Origin: an uncultured bacterium | GTDB lineage: Bacteria > CAYUVA01 | Length of the DNA: 54,655 nt | Assembly (NCBI GenBank): GCA_964448115.1 | Contig: CAYUVA010000032.1 | Span: forward strand, 1-54,655 | Direction: 5' to 3' | In this document: positions 9,655-19,490 of the stretch, piece by piece | Layout: every line of letters begins with the position of its first letter | Position numbering within the stretch: position 1 is the stretch's first letter | Notes under the pieces: generated by a model | The model's database searches: none | What the model was told of the DNA's origin: nothing | The model's input: only the letters and a program-made list of their open reading frames with translations | Made by a program: the position numbers and the translations under genes

Positions 9655-12600
9655 ACTCCTGCCCGATTGCGCTCAGTCCTGACAGCACCTGTTGCAGGTA
9701 ATCAAAGGGGTTCGATTCCGTCTTCTCGGTAACGCTAATCTGCATAGTAGTTGTCTTTTCATCCCAAGATATATTCGGCGACCTACCAATGACCCTGAGA
9801 AACGAGCGTGGCTCTATGGGAGCATCCGGCTTGAATGTTAGATGGATAGCACCTTTTTTAACCTCGACCTTGTCGATGCCGAGGCGCAAACAGCTAAGCC
9901 TGAGCGCCATCTTTTCGATTAACATCTCGGCTTGCTTGGGGAGTTTACCAAAGCGATCGCTCAGCTCCTGTCTTATCTCCACAAGCTCTAGCTTGCTTTT
10001 TGCATTGGCAAGCCGTTGATAGACCAGGATGCGTAGATTGGTATCCGGTATGTATTCAGCAGGTATCTTCGCTTCCTGTTTAAGCCTCATGGTAACCTCG
10101 AAATCTTCCTGCACATGCTCCCCTTTAAGCTCGGCAACGGTATCTTTCAGCAGCTTGCAGTACATATCGAAACCGACCGCCTGAATATGACCATGCTGTT
10201 CTGGACCCAATAGATTGCCAGCCCCGCGTATCTCCAGGTCATGGGCTGCCAGCTTGAACCCGCTGCCAAGCTCCCTTAGCTCCCTGAGCACGGTCAGCCG
10301 TTTCCTTGCCACATCGGAGACCAGTTGATGGGAGGGAACCAGCAGGTATGCGTGAGCCTGGTAGCGATCCCTGCCCACTCTACCCCTAAGCTGGTAAAGC
10401 TGCGCCAAGCCGAAGCGATCCGCTCTATTGATGATTATGGTGTTGACCGTGGGGATATCCAAGCCGTTCTCGATAATAGTAGTGGAGACCAGGATATCGT
10501 ATTTGCCGCGAGCAAAGTCATACATGATCCTCTCCAGCTTGGATTCGGACATCTGTCCATGCCCGATCACTATCTTCGCCTCCGGCACCAGCCGCTGGAG
10601 GAAGGAAGCCATCTTATCGATGGTATCGATGCGGTTATGCACGAAGTAAACCTGTCCCCCGCGATCCAGCTCATAGCGCATAGCATCACGGATCACATTC
10701 TCCTGGAACTTGCATATATGGGTCTTTATAGCCCGCCTGTTGAGCGGTGGCGTATTTATCATGCTTATCTCGCGGATGCCGCTTATGGACATGTATAGAG
10801 TGCGGGGGATGGGAGTGGCGGTCAGGGTGAGTACATCGACCTTTTTTCTCATCTCCTTGAGCCTCTCCTTTTGCACCACGCCGAACCGCTGCTCCTCATC
10901 GATGATTAGTAATCCGAGGTCTCGAAAATCGATCTTGGAGCCGAGCAACTTATGGGTGCCTATGATGATATCTATATCACCGGTCTTGAGCTTCTTTTCT
11001 ATGTCCCTGCATTCAGCGGCGCTTCTGAAGCGGCTGATCATATCTATCTTTACCGGGAAGTTCTTGAATCTTGCCCTGAATGTCTCCAGGTGCTGCTGAG
11101 CTAGCACGGTGGTGGGGCATAATAGGGCAACCTGTTTGCCTTCTATGACCGCTTTGAAGGCAGCTCGCATGGCGACCTCGGTCTTGCCGTAGCCGACATC
11201 TCCGCACACGAGCCGATCCATTATCCTTGGCGATTCCATGTCCTTTTTGATTTCTGCCACCGCCCTTAGCTGATCCTCGGTCTCCTCGTACTCGAAATCA
11301 GCCTCGAACTCCGCCTGCCAGTGAGTGTCAGGAGCGAATGGATACCCGGTCAGCGCTTCCCGCTCGGAGTACAGCTTGAGCAGCTCCTCTGCCATCTCGC
11401 GCACCGATTCCTTCACCCTCTCCTTTACCCTCTGCCAGCGAGTACCGCCGAGACGATCCAAAGTAACCTTGCAGGCGTCACCCCCCCTATATTTCTGAAC
11501 AAGATGCAGGTTATCCAGGGGAAGGTACAATTTATCGTTGCCAGCATACTCCAGCAGGATGAACTCTCCACCAGTGCCGTTAGTGGCCAGATGAACCAGA
11601 CCCTTGTATAAGCCGATGCCATGCTCGGAGTGCACGATATAATCTCCTACCTTGAGATCCCTCAGCGAGCTGATGAAGCGCACAACCCGAGGAGGCGACT
11701 TAGGCTGTTTTATCTTCTCTCGAAAAAGCTCGTAGGAGCTAAGCAGCAAAAGATCCCCCTCAGGCAAGACCAGACCGCTGGAGAGGTTGCCGGTGGCGAT
11801 ATGAAGCTGACCCAGGTGGCTACTTTTTTGTTGCTTAGGCTTATAATCGCCTTGTTCATCGAGATAGAACAACTCATCGAGTTCAAATTCGGTAAGCGCC
11901 CTGAGCAGGCTTCTAACCATGTTTTCATTGGGTAGTAATAGAACCAGGTGCCGGTAGTAGGCTAGAAGCTCCTTCATCTCGTTGGCCAGGTTCTCTATCT
12001 TGCCTTTATATAGAGGCGGATTCTCTATCTGAAGTTCAAAGCAATCATCCTCAGCTAGATGCTCGAGGATGAGATGGTTCAAAGAGACCTGCTGGAACCT
12101 GCTCATTAGCTCATCGGCTTGTCCAGGCGACAGAAAAAGCTCCTCGAAGGGGCATTGAAAACGGTCTTGAGCGCTGGTCTCATAATCCCTTCGAAGGCTC
12201 TGATAGATAGGCTGGAAGCGTTCCCTTGCGGTCTCCTCCTCGACCATGACGATCAAGGTTTCAGGGGACAGGTAGTCGAAGATGCTCTGCAGCTTGTCGT
12301 AGAATAAGGGCAGCAGATACTCGAACTGAAGCGCCCTCTGTTCGGTCAATAGATCATCGAACAGCTTCATCGCCTTGTCATCTGGGATCATGCCATCCTG
12401 GGAAAGTTGCTCCAGCCTGTTTCGAGCGTGCTCGATGATCCTGGGATGGGGATGCGCTGGTGCTGCCGGGTAGATCTTTGCCCCCTTGAGCGATCCAACC
12501 GTGCGCTGGGTATAGGGATCGAACTGCCGCATGGTCTCGATTATGTCGCCCGTGTACTCGATGCGCAAGGGCAATGGATTGTCCGGCGAGTAAACATCGA

Positions 12601-13195
12601 TAACCCCGCCACGCACCGCGTACTCCCCATAGGAATCGACCACCTCGACCCGATGATAGCCAAACTGTACAAGTTTAGTTGTCAGTTGCTCATAGGGCAC
12701 AAGGCTGCTGCCTGTGGATATCTCCATGCTGAAGTCCTGGAATATGCTGCGCGGGGGCACCAGCCTGATCACCGAATCTATCGAGCCTACCGCAATGACG
12801 CCCCTTTGATCGAAGAAAAGACGCAGGGCTTTAAGCAGTTCATGCTGCTGGTGGTCGCCAGGGAATTCCTCCTCCCAGGCGCTTACATCAAGTGGTTTAA
12901 GCGGTAGGATACCTTGCGGTCTCTTTGCATCATCATCCGAAGATAGCAAATAGAGGGTCTGTAGATCCCCGACCAGCGACTCTGCCTTTTGCCTAGAGGG
13001 TGTGATAACCAACAGGCTCCGCCTGGTCTGCTCATAGAGACTCGCCAGCATCATGGCAACGCTGCTGCCCCATAAGCCGCTAACGCTTACCCTAGGTGCC
13101 CCATTGAAGATGGCGCTTATGATATCAGGGTGCTGCCTTTGCCTGGCAAAGGTAGATAATAACAGCTCTTTGATGTTCACCTCCGGCATATTCAC
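9635..13195 (-). CDS. mfd: Transcription-repair coupling factor Mfd
   Basis: UvrB-like N-terminus, RID (HGIGLYKGL), CGDVGYGKTEVA, DEEQRFG, TATPIPRT, QLRGRVGR, TRCF C-terminus. Confidence 0.97.
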   Translation of the reverse strand: MNMPEVNIKELLLSTFARQRQHPDIISAIFNGAPRVSVSGLWGSSVAMMLASLYEQTRRSLLVITPSRQKAESLVGDLQTLYLLSSDDDAKRPQGILPLKPLDVSAWEEEFPGDHQQHELLKALRLFFDQRGVIAVGSIDSVIRLVPPRSIFQDFSMEISTGSSLVPYEQLTTKLVQFGYHRVEVVDSYGEYAVRGGVIDVYSPDNPLPLRIEYTGDIIETMRQFDPYTQRTVGSLKGAKIYPAAPAHPHPRIIEHARNRLEQLSQDGMIPDDKAMKLFDDLLTEQRALQFEYLLPLFYDKLQSIFDYLSPETLIVMVEEETARERFQPIYQSLRRDYETSAQDRFQCPFEELFLSPGQADELMSRFQQVSLNHLILEHLAEDDCFELQIENPPLYKGKIENLANEMKELLAYYRHLVLLLPNENMVRSLLRALTEFELDELFYLDEQGDYKPKQQKSSHLGQLHIATGNLSSGLVLPEGDLLLLSSYELFREKIKQPKSPPRVVRFISSLRDLKVGDYIVHSEHGIGLYKGLVHLATNGTGGEFILLEYAGNDKLYLPLDNLHLVQKYRGGDACKVTLDRLGGTRWQRVKERVKESVREMAEELLKLYSEREALTGYPFAPDTHWQAEFEADFEYEETEDQLRAVAEIKKDMESPRIMDRLVCGDVGYGKTEVAMRAAFKAVIEGKQVALLCPTTVLAQQHLETFRARFKNFPVKIDMISRFRSAAECRDIEKKLKTGDIDIIIGTHKLLGSKIDFRDLGLLIIDEEQRFGVVQKERLKEMRKKVDVLTLTATPIPRTLYMSISGIREISMINTPPLNRRAIKTHICKFQENVIRDAMRYELDRGGQVYFVHNRIDTIDKMASFLQRLVPEAKIVIGHGQMSESKLERIMYDFARGKYDILVSTTIIENGLDIPTVNTIIINRADRFGLAQLYQLRGRVGRDRYQAHAYLLVPSHQLVSDVARKRLTVLRELRELGSGFKLAAHDLEIRGAGNLLGPEQHGHIQAVGFDMYCKLLKDTVAELKGEHVQEDFEVTMRLKQEAKIPAEYIPDTNLRILVYQRLANAKSKLELVEIRQELSDRFGKLPKQAEMLIEKMALRLSCLRLGIDKVEVKKGAIHLTFKPDAPIEPRSFLRVIGRSPNISWDEKTTTMQISVTEKTESNPFDYLQQVLSGLSAIGQEFAQQRS

Positions 13196-13680
13196 TTCCC
13201 AGGCACCCTGCTGTCCTTTATCTTTTCTATTATCTGGGTTGTTGACCGGGTATCTACCACCGGGATGACCACTGTCTTGCCCCCGTAAGACTCCACGAAC
13301 TCCCTTCCGATCACCTCATCCAGCGCCCAATCCCCCCCTTTGACTAGGACATCCGGCGCAAGAAGGGTAATAATCTTCAAGGGGGTATCCTCCTCGAAGG
13401 AGCAAGCAAAATCGACCATCTTCAGGGCAGCGATTAGCTCAGCCCGTTCTGCAAGCGGAGTGATCGGCCTGCCGGCTCCCTTGATACGTTTAACCGATTG
13501 ATCGTCGTTCAGTGCGACCACCAGGATATCGCCTAGCTTCTTCGCCTCGGCGAGGTACCTGGCGTGTCCTATGTGTAGAAAGTCGAAACAGCCATTGGTA
13601 AAGACGATCTTTTTCCCTTGGCATTTTAACCCCTCGATGATAGCTCGAAGCTCCTGGTTATCTTTGATAAAGATGCCCAT
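13192..13680 (-). CDS. rfaE2: D-glycero-beta-D-manno-heptose 1-phosphate adenylyltransferase
   Basis: FTNGCFDFLHIGH, KGAGRP, LVKGGDW, STTQII. Confidence 0.92.
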   Translation of the reverse strand: MGIFIKDNQELRAIIEGLKCQGKKIVFTNGCFDFLHIGHARYLAEAKKLGDILVVALNDDQSVKRIKGAGRPITPLAERAELIAALKMVDFACSFEEDTPLKIITLLAPDVLVKGGDWALDEVIGREFVESYGGKTVVIPVVDTRSTTQIIEKIKDSRVPGK

Positions 13681-13709
13681 ACTTGCGCCTTGTGGGTGTT
13701 TGCAGCATT

Positions 13710-13979
13710 TTAATCCTTGAAGAGATCATCGATCGACATCTTCCCCTTGGGTGCCTTCTTTGAGTACTCTTGTGGCATGCAATAGCTGCAGGGAGTGAAA
13801 CCGGCTGCGTAAGCCTCCTGCAAGCTCTCGAAGGATCTCTCCCTATCTCTATCGATGATCCTGTCGATATTGCAGCTACCCTGTTCGTTATCCAGGTCAT
13901 GTACCACCTTCTCGCTGCCGAAGGTATATGCATCGCCGATATATCGAGTCTTATATGAACGGTATTTCCACATCGGCAT
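13710..13979 (-). CDS. Small hypothetical protein with Ada-like metal-binding motif
   Basis: SD AAGGAG precedes ATG at 13979; VH...C...F.S..EA..AGFTPCSYC pattern. Confidence 0.6.
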   Translation of the reverse strand: MPMWKYRSYKTRYIGDAYTFGSEKVVHDLDNEQGSCNIDRIIDRDRERSFESLQEAYAAGFTPCSYCMPQEYSKKAPKGKMSIDDLFKD

Positions 13980-13984
13980 AGTTC

Positions 13985-14509
13985 TTACTCCTTTCTTTGT
14001 CCAAATCGATTCCAATGAATCTTTTTAGGGTCATAATAAGTTTTTGGTTCCCTGCTTTCTGCTGGATATCCGCAGGAGACCAGACAGAGCACTCCCAGGT
14101 TTTTTGGGATATTGAGAAGTTGTTTTATTTCCTGCTCGCAGTCCTTCCCATTGTAGGTTGAATCGATGACCGCACACCAGACTCCGCCTAGCCCCATTGC
14201 ATGAATTGCCAGCAGCATATTTTCAGTCAGGGCGCTGGTATCTTGCACCCAGCGTTTGCGGGACTTATCGCCGCAGATAGCAAAAGAGCAGGCAGCATCG
14301 GCGGTCATGGATACAGCAGGTCTTACCGCTCCCAGCCGCTTGAGCATCTGGCGCTCGGTAACCACGATTATTTCCCAGGGTTGATAATTATTCGCTGATG
14401 GCGCTGCCATTGCTGCCTTCAGGATGGTCTCGATCTGTTGAGCATCGAGTGGTCGATCGGTGAACTTCCTGATGCTTCGTCTGCCATAAACCACATCAAA
14501 AAAGTCCAT
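13985..14509 (-). CDS. Nitroreductase family protein
   Basis: RRSIRKF, APSANNYQPW, ENMLLAIHAMGLGGVW; SD AAAGGAGG before ATG at 14509. Confidence 0.92.
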   Translation of the reverse strand: MDFFDVVYGRRSIRKFTDRPLDAQQIETILKAAMAAPSANNYQPWEIIVVTERQMLKRLGAVRPAVSMTADAACSFAICGDKSRKRWVQDTSALTENMLLAIHAMGLGGVWCAVIDSTYNGKDCEQEIKQLLNIPKNLGVLCLVSCGYPAESREPKTYYDPKKIHWNRFGQRKE

Positions 14510-14906
14510 AAATATATGTCCTCCTTTCACAACTTAAGATTATAACAAACATTCGGATGCAATCCAGTTCCCTTATCTGACACGGGCGTATGTGAGGATA
14601 TGGCATAGGTAATGACTATTCTTTATTTCTCAGAGGCATATCGTTCCAAGAATAGTCCCGACTTCCCCCTGGCAGGCGGGACGGACACTTTATCTTTGTG
14701 CACTAGTGCCTTTGTGCTTCAATACGCCTTTATCACGGTATCACTTTCCTCTTTGGGTTCTTTGCGTCTTTGCGTGATCAACTCTTTCTTTTATGGTTCT
14801 TTGCGCGAGATCTGCGGCGTATGGCGCAGATTATTTAAGGCGGACCCCCCCGAAAGCCGAGTTATAAGCAATATCAAATAATATTATAATATCCAAATCT
14901 TCAATT

Positions 14907-15027
14907 ATATCAATGAGTTATCCCATCTGCGTGCCATTATGGCACGATATTTGGGGGGCAAAATTGGAGGCATGAGGATCCTCGGAAGAAATTTTCAAAA
15001 ACATTCTTCTTTAATATCAATGAGTTA
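14907..15027 (+). promoter_or_regulatory. Two identical 14-bp direct repeats ATATCAATGAGTTA (14907-14920, 15014-15027) matching the IHF consensus WATCAANNNNTTR
   Basis: Repeat seen directly; the IHF assignment is a consensus match only. Confidence 0.45.
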
Positions 15028-15132
15028 ATCTAAATAGATCAATTAGCACCCCTCGATATGGGGTTTTAAACTTGAGTCCGTTGATGTAGATTTGGAGAAA
15101 AACGACCTAAAAAATCAAATATTTAAGTCATA

Positions 15133-15148
15133 TGTTCCATGTGGAACA
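15133..15148. promoter_or_regulatory. parS-like ParB-binding palindrome TGTTCCATGTGGAACA
   Basis: 16-bp near-perfect palindrome, one mismatch from the common parS variant TGTTCCACGTGGAACA, in an AT-rich intergenic region. Confidence 0.68.
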
Positions 15149-15464
15149 TTAATCTTATTTTTGACAAAGCCTTTATTTGCAAGATCGAGCTTTTAAAAAT
15201 AGCAGTGGCACTTGGATCCTCAAATTTTACCCCTAGATTTATTGGCTCCAAGGGGTGGTTCATATGCCCTAACTAGAGAATTATCTTTATCAAATTGGTT
15301 ACCATAGGAATTCTGATTGAATAATTGAATCATTATGCTTAAGGTTTGAGTATTTGTTAAATATTTGTCCGCTAACGCACTAGGAATTCATTTCTTCCTT
15401 TGTGCCTAAGTGCCTTGGTGGTTAAAAAATGTTCAAATCTCACAGCTCACCGCTCAAGCCATCC

Positions 15465-18400
15465 CTATTGGCTGACCGACAGGTATGGCCATAGCGAGCT
15501 ATATAAGCCTTCACTATCCAGCGCATCTATGCCGAAGATATAACTGGCTCCAGAGGTGGAATTGCGAGCAGCAACGAAGATCTCGATGCCATAAATCCCG
15601 TCTCCTGCCTGAAAGTCCCCGCTTTTTCCATCATCCTTGAGGTAGATGCCGGTCGGCTTCTGCTCGTAGAATACCTCCACCCGCAGGATGTCGTTATCGG
15701 ACAGGAAGGCTACCAGGTTGAGTTTTCCGCCCTGTGAGCTGAAGCTGGTATCCATGTATCCGCCGATTAGTATCCTTGGTGGCTTGCCGGGAGGCAATTC
15801 GGTAGCTGTTGGGGTTGCAGTGTAAGTCTCGGAGGGCGTTGCGGTCGGTGTTGCAGAGATATCGGGAGTTATGGTGGGAGTCATGGTGGTTGTTGGTGTA
15901 CGAGTCGGCGTGGCTGAGATGAATATGGTCGCTGTCGGGGTTACCGTCGGTGTAGATGAGGGAATCGGCGTGGGGGTCTGCTGGGGATCATACTGCGAAT
16001 AGACAGCCACATCATCTATGTAGAAGCCCTCTGCTGTGTCCCAGTTGTCCGAGTAGAAGCGAAACCTGATGCGAACCGCTCCGCTGTAGTTGGACAGATC
16101 GTACCTCTCCTCGAACCAACCGCTGGCCAGCCCGGTTATTGGTAGAGCACCGCCTGAGCCAATAAAGTCGAGCGTCTGCCATCCACCAGAGCCAGTGGTT
16201 AGCTCAACATAAAGACCATCGCCACCGTACATCGGCACCGAGAACCATCGCCAGAAGGACAAGGTCGAGTTCGGTGCCAGTATAAACTCCGGGGTGATCA
16301 GCGAGGCATTCGTGTTATTGCTGTACTGACGGTTGAATTCACTGCCACAATAGAAGCTATGATCTGGGGAGTGTGAACGATAGGAGGTCTTATGCCAGTT
16401 GTCATTTATCCCATTGTGCACCCATTCAACTCCCATGCCTTCATAGTCATCGTAGAAGCCGGTTGCTCCCACCACCAGCCTGGTCGCCTTTGAGCTATAG
16501 TAGTGCTGCCCACTTACCGTCATTAGCATGAGCGGGAAATGCCCAGCGGGCAAATCAGCCGAGATATCCAGGACTATTGGATGGAGAGTAATCCCCATCT
16601 CGCCGGGCAGGATAGCAGCCAGATCGCTGCTGGCACTTGATATATCGATATACTGGTCGATGGTGCTCACCGTGAGCATCAGGTCTTGTGCGCTCCCGCT
16701 TCCCTTGTTCTTGAAGACGAATGTAAGCTCGACCGTCTCGCCAGGATCGGGAATGTTATCGCCATCGCCGCCATTCGAGTCATCCACTATATACTCCTGG
16801 TAGCTCAAGATTGGCGCATTTACCGAGTGATTAAGCGGATGCTCGAAGGTGCCCTGGTCGGGGGCGTCTAGGTATAAGCTTAAAGGTATCGGGTATCCAT
16901 CCGGGAGGTAGTCGCCGATATTAAAGCTGAACCCTTCTGTTGGCATGACGCGACAGCCAGCGCATACAGCGCCATAGTTGACCGTGTCTTGGATAATGGT
17001 GATATTGGTGTCGCTACAGGTCAGGATACCGCTTACCTCGCTGGCCGATTCAAGCCCATAGTTTTTCACCTCTACAAAAAGCCCAACAGTTTCACCAGGA
17101 TTGATGAGACCATCCCCGTCATTATCTTGGATGATTTGCTGCATGATCCCCAGGTAAACCTCACTTGATATGACCTCGATAGTATCCTCATAGGGCTTGA
17201 AGTCAAAAGCAGCAACGGTCAATTCCATCTGTCCTGCGGTAAGGGGCGATATAGACAATATAACCTTGCCGGCAGTGTCTGTATGTGCATATTTATAAAC
17301 CTCTTCGCTTTTTTGGACACATACCCTTGCATCCTTTAGGGGAGTGTTATCATAGCTCACCACCAAGGTAATATTCTGATCCCCGGTAGGTATCTGGGTT
17401 GGATGATGTACCTCAAGCGTTCTGGGCAGCCTTGTCCATAGGGGCATTTCAGGGTCGCCCAGAAGATTTATCTGATACACATTCCATCGATAGACATTCG
17501 CCTCCCGCGAATAGGGGACGAAGTGGGATTTCATTGCACTGACCACCGCGCCCAGGTTCTGGATATGATTATTGAAAAGAACCGAGAAGAAGCGCTGGTC
17601 AAAGCGATCCGAGTAGCCGTATAAAGGATTGCCCGGCGATCCCCAGCCATACCTTGAGTTGCCGATGAATGCGACTCCGCCGCCGTTGGCGTTGTTCAGG
17701 TAGTGCTCTGCGATGCAATCGTAATCAAAGGCTGCCGGCCAGCAGCCGATGGTGAATAGCACTCCCAGCTTATCGCCGTTGTTCAATGAATCCATGTCCG
17801 AACGATAGAGCATCCCGGCGCCCACGCCCATCTGATCGTAGAAGCAATGCCCGCAGTGGTTGATGATGTTCATCCCCTGGTTTATCGCGTTGCGTACTGT
17901 GGTAGGGCTTTCGTTGCCCAGGCTATGATAGAGCTTATTTATTGGATCGAAGCGGGGAGGAACGAACAAAAAATCAATGTAGTTCTTGCTTTCTGCAGAA
18001 TCCGTGTAAGGATCATCCCAGAGGATATCAGCTAAAAACAGCATCTTGAGCTGATAGGCATCCTGATTAGCCTTCTCGTAGGCGATGACCTTTTGGACAA
18101 AGTTGCTCGCTTCAAGGGAGCCTTCCACTGGCGCCCTGCCGATATGGGCATCTGGGTACATGTCGATAAAGTCGAAGATCTCGCCATAGATCCCATTGCT
18201 GTTGGCGTCCCAGTTACCTTGAATATCTGCAAAGTAAAGGTCTGCGCTCAGCTCGTTCTCATCGTCATAGTATCCCGCCTCGCAGTCCATGGCGAAGGTT
18301 TCCCGCTCCGGGATGATGTTGGTATCTCCGCCGAGCAGTACCCACTCCGTTCCCCAGTCGTTTATGGCATCGGCGATAAAAAGCCGTATCTTGGTGGCAA

Positions 18401-19247
18401 GGTCGAAGCCATAGTAGTTGTTGGCGATCCACTCGGTGTCAACGACCTGCGCTGGTACTCCCTTCTTGGTCTTCCAGGCTGCGAGCGGCTCGAATTCATC
18501 GACCAAAGAGGGCGAGGTGATGATCACATACTTGACATCGCGCGGGGGGAGGTTGTTCACAGAGGAGATAATGTCCACTAAATCTAGTATCTCAGGGCGA
18601 ACCAGCATCGTATTATCGATGATCCTGCTAAAGGAGCGGGCTGGTTCGGGGAGGCGGCTTCTATCCGAGCCAAGACGAATGGTTACCTTAAGCCTGATCT
18701 TATCGGCTTGAAGCAGGCGTTTTTCCTTGGGAAGGTATCTAAGTGGATAAACTATGAATTCATGGAAGCTCGCATCCCTCAAAGTTCCCTTGCCTGCGTA
18801 TTTTACTGGCTCAAACGGATAGACCTCGCTTTGATCATAGAATAGTGGCAATGGTTGGGTAAACTCGATTTTTCTTGTGCTTCCAGCAGGCACATAGAGT
18901 ATCTGCGGCTTCTGAGCGGGGAATACATGGTACTTTCCGGGCAGTTCGCGCCACCGGATGCTTTCGATGCTGTAGTCTATAAGCTCGGCGTTTGCCGGTA
19001 CTGGTAGGCGAATGACCCTGGTGGGCAGTTGGGGAGCGCCGACCTGGCTGGAGAGATCCCATACTTGATCGCTGGCAACTGGAATGACCATGTCAAAGCC
19101 ATGCACCCTGGCGATGGTGAACTGTTGGCTTGTGTTGTCGATGGTAAGATCGACCTGCTGTTCATCGGCAGCGAATACGAAACTCGACAGACAAAGAACA
19201 AGTAATTTCGGAATAAGAAAGCTGCAAAGACGGTTGGCTCGAATCAT
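15465..19247 (-). CDS. Secreted C25-family (gingipain-like) cysteine peptidase with propeptide, Ig-like domains, Thr/Pro linker and C-terminal domain
   Basis: Signal peptide; VGAPQLP propeptide; WVLLGGD, IGRAP, His motif NHCGHC and Cys motif TIGCWP, NLLGDP; TPT-rich linker; LKDDG..GD..AGDGIY. Confidence 0.88.
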   Translation of the reverse strand: MIRANRLCSFLIPKLLVLCLSSFVFAADEQQVDLTIDNTSQQFTIARVHGFDMVIPVASDQVWDLSSQVGAPQLPTRVIRLPVPANAELIDYSIESIRWRELPGKYHVFPAQKPQILYVPAGSTRKIEFTQPLPLFYDQSEVYPFEPVKYAGKGTLRDASFHEFIVYPLRYLPKEKRLLQADKIRLKVTIRLGSDRSRLPEPARSFSRIIDNTMLVRPEILDLVDIISSVNNLPPRDVKYVIITSPSLVDEFEPLAAWKTKKGVPAQVVDTEWIANNYYGFDLATKIRLFIADAINDWGTEWVLLGGDTNIIPERETFAMDCEAGYYDDENELSADLYFADIQGNWDANSNGIYGEIFDFIDMYPDAHIGRAPVEGSLEASNFVQKVIAYEKANQDAYQLKMLFLADILWDDPYTDSAESKNYIDFLFVPPRFDPINKLYHSLGNESPTTVRNAINQGMNIINHCGHCFYDQMGVGAGMLYRSDMDSLNNGDKLGVLFTIGCWPAAFDYDCIAEHYLNNANGGGVAFIGNSRYGWGSPGNPLYGYSDRFDQRFFSVLFNNHIQNLGAVVSAMKSHFVPYSREANVYRWNVYQINLLGDPEMPLWTRLPRTLEVHHPTQIPTGDQNITLVVSYDNTPLKDARVCVQKSEEVYKYAHTDTAGKVILSISPLTAGQMELTVAAFDFKPYEDTIEVISSEVYLGIMQQIIQDNDGDGLINPGETVGLFVEVKNYGLESASEVSGILTCSDTNITIIQDTVNYGAVCAGCRVMPTEGFSFNIGDYLPDGYPIPLSLYLDAPDQGTFEHPLNHSVNAPILSYQEYIVDDSNGGDGDNIPDPGETVELTFVFKNKGSGSAQDLMLTVSTIDQYIDISSASSDLAAILPGEMGITLHPIVLDISADLPAGHFPLMLMTVSGQHYYSSKATRLVVGATGFYDDYEGMGVEWVHNGINDNWHKTSYRSHSPDHSFYCGSEFNRQYSNNTNASLITPEFILAPNSTLSFWRWFSVPMYGGDGLYVELTTGSGGWQTLDFIGSGGALPITGLASGWFEERYDLSNYSGAVRIRFRFYSDNWDTAEGFYIDDVAVYSQYDPQQTPTPIPSSTPTVTPTATIFISATPTRTPTTTMTPTITPDISATPTATPSETYTATPTATELPPGKPPRILIGGYMDTSFSSQGGKLNLVAFLSDNDILRVEVFYEQKPTGIYLKDDGKSGDFQAGDGIYGIEIFVAARNSTSGASYIFGIDALDSEGLYSSLWPYLSVSQ

Positions 19248-19490
19248 TTATTCCTGCCAGATAATGTTCGATTCAATCAGAGCCTATTCTTCCCAGTAGT
19301 CTCTCCTGGAATGCATCAATAACATCTCTACTAATAAAGATAATACTTTGCTCCTTGCTTGTAAAGGGCAAGTTGACGTAGAGCAGGGCTTATTTTATCA
19401 GATAAAGTGTGAATTTGGAAAAACTATTAGTCTATATATTAAAGTAAGAAATCGAAAAACTAGGATTAAATTAGGAGCATGAGGCATTCT

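Noticed and set aside
14612-14881. 89-aa + strand ORF
   Set aside because: No SD or recognisable motif; it runs through the degenerate CTTTG repeats and is probably spurious
14531-15464. Possible replication origin (AT-rich, IHF-like sites, parS-like site)
   Set aside because: No cluster of good DnaA boxes (TTWTNCACA) found by eye and no dnaA/dnaN/parAB/gidA nearby
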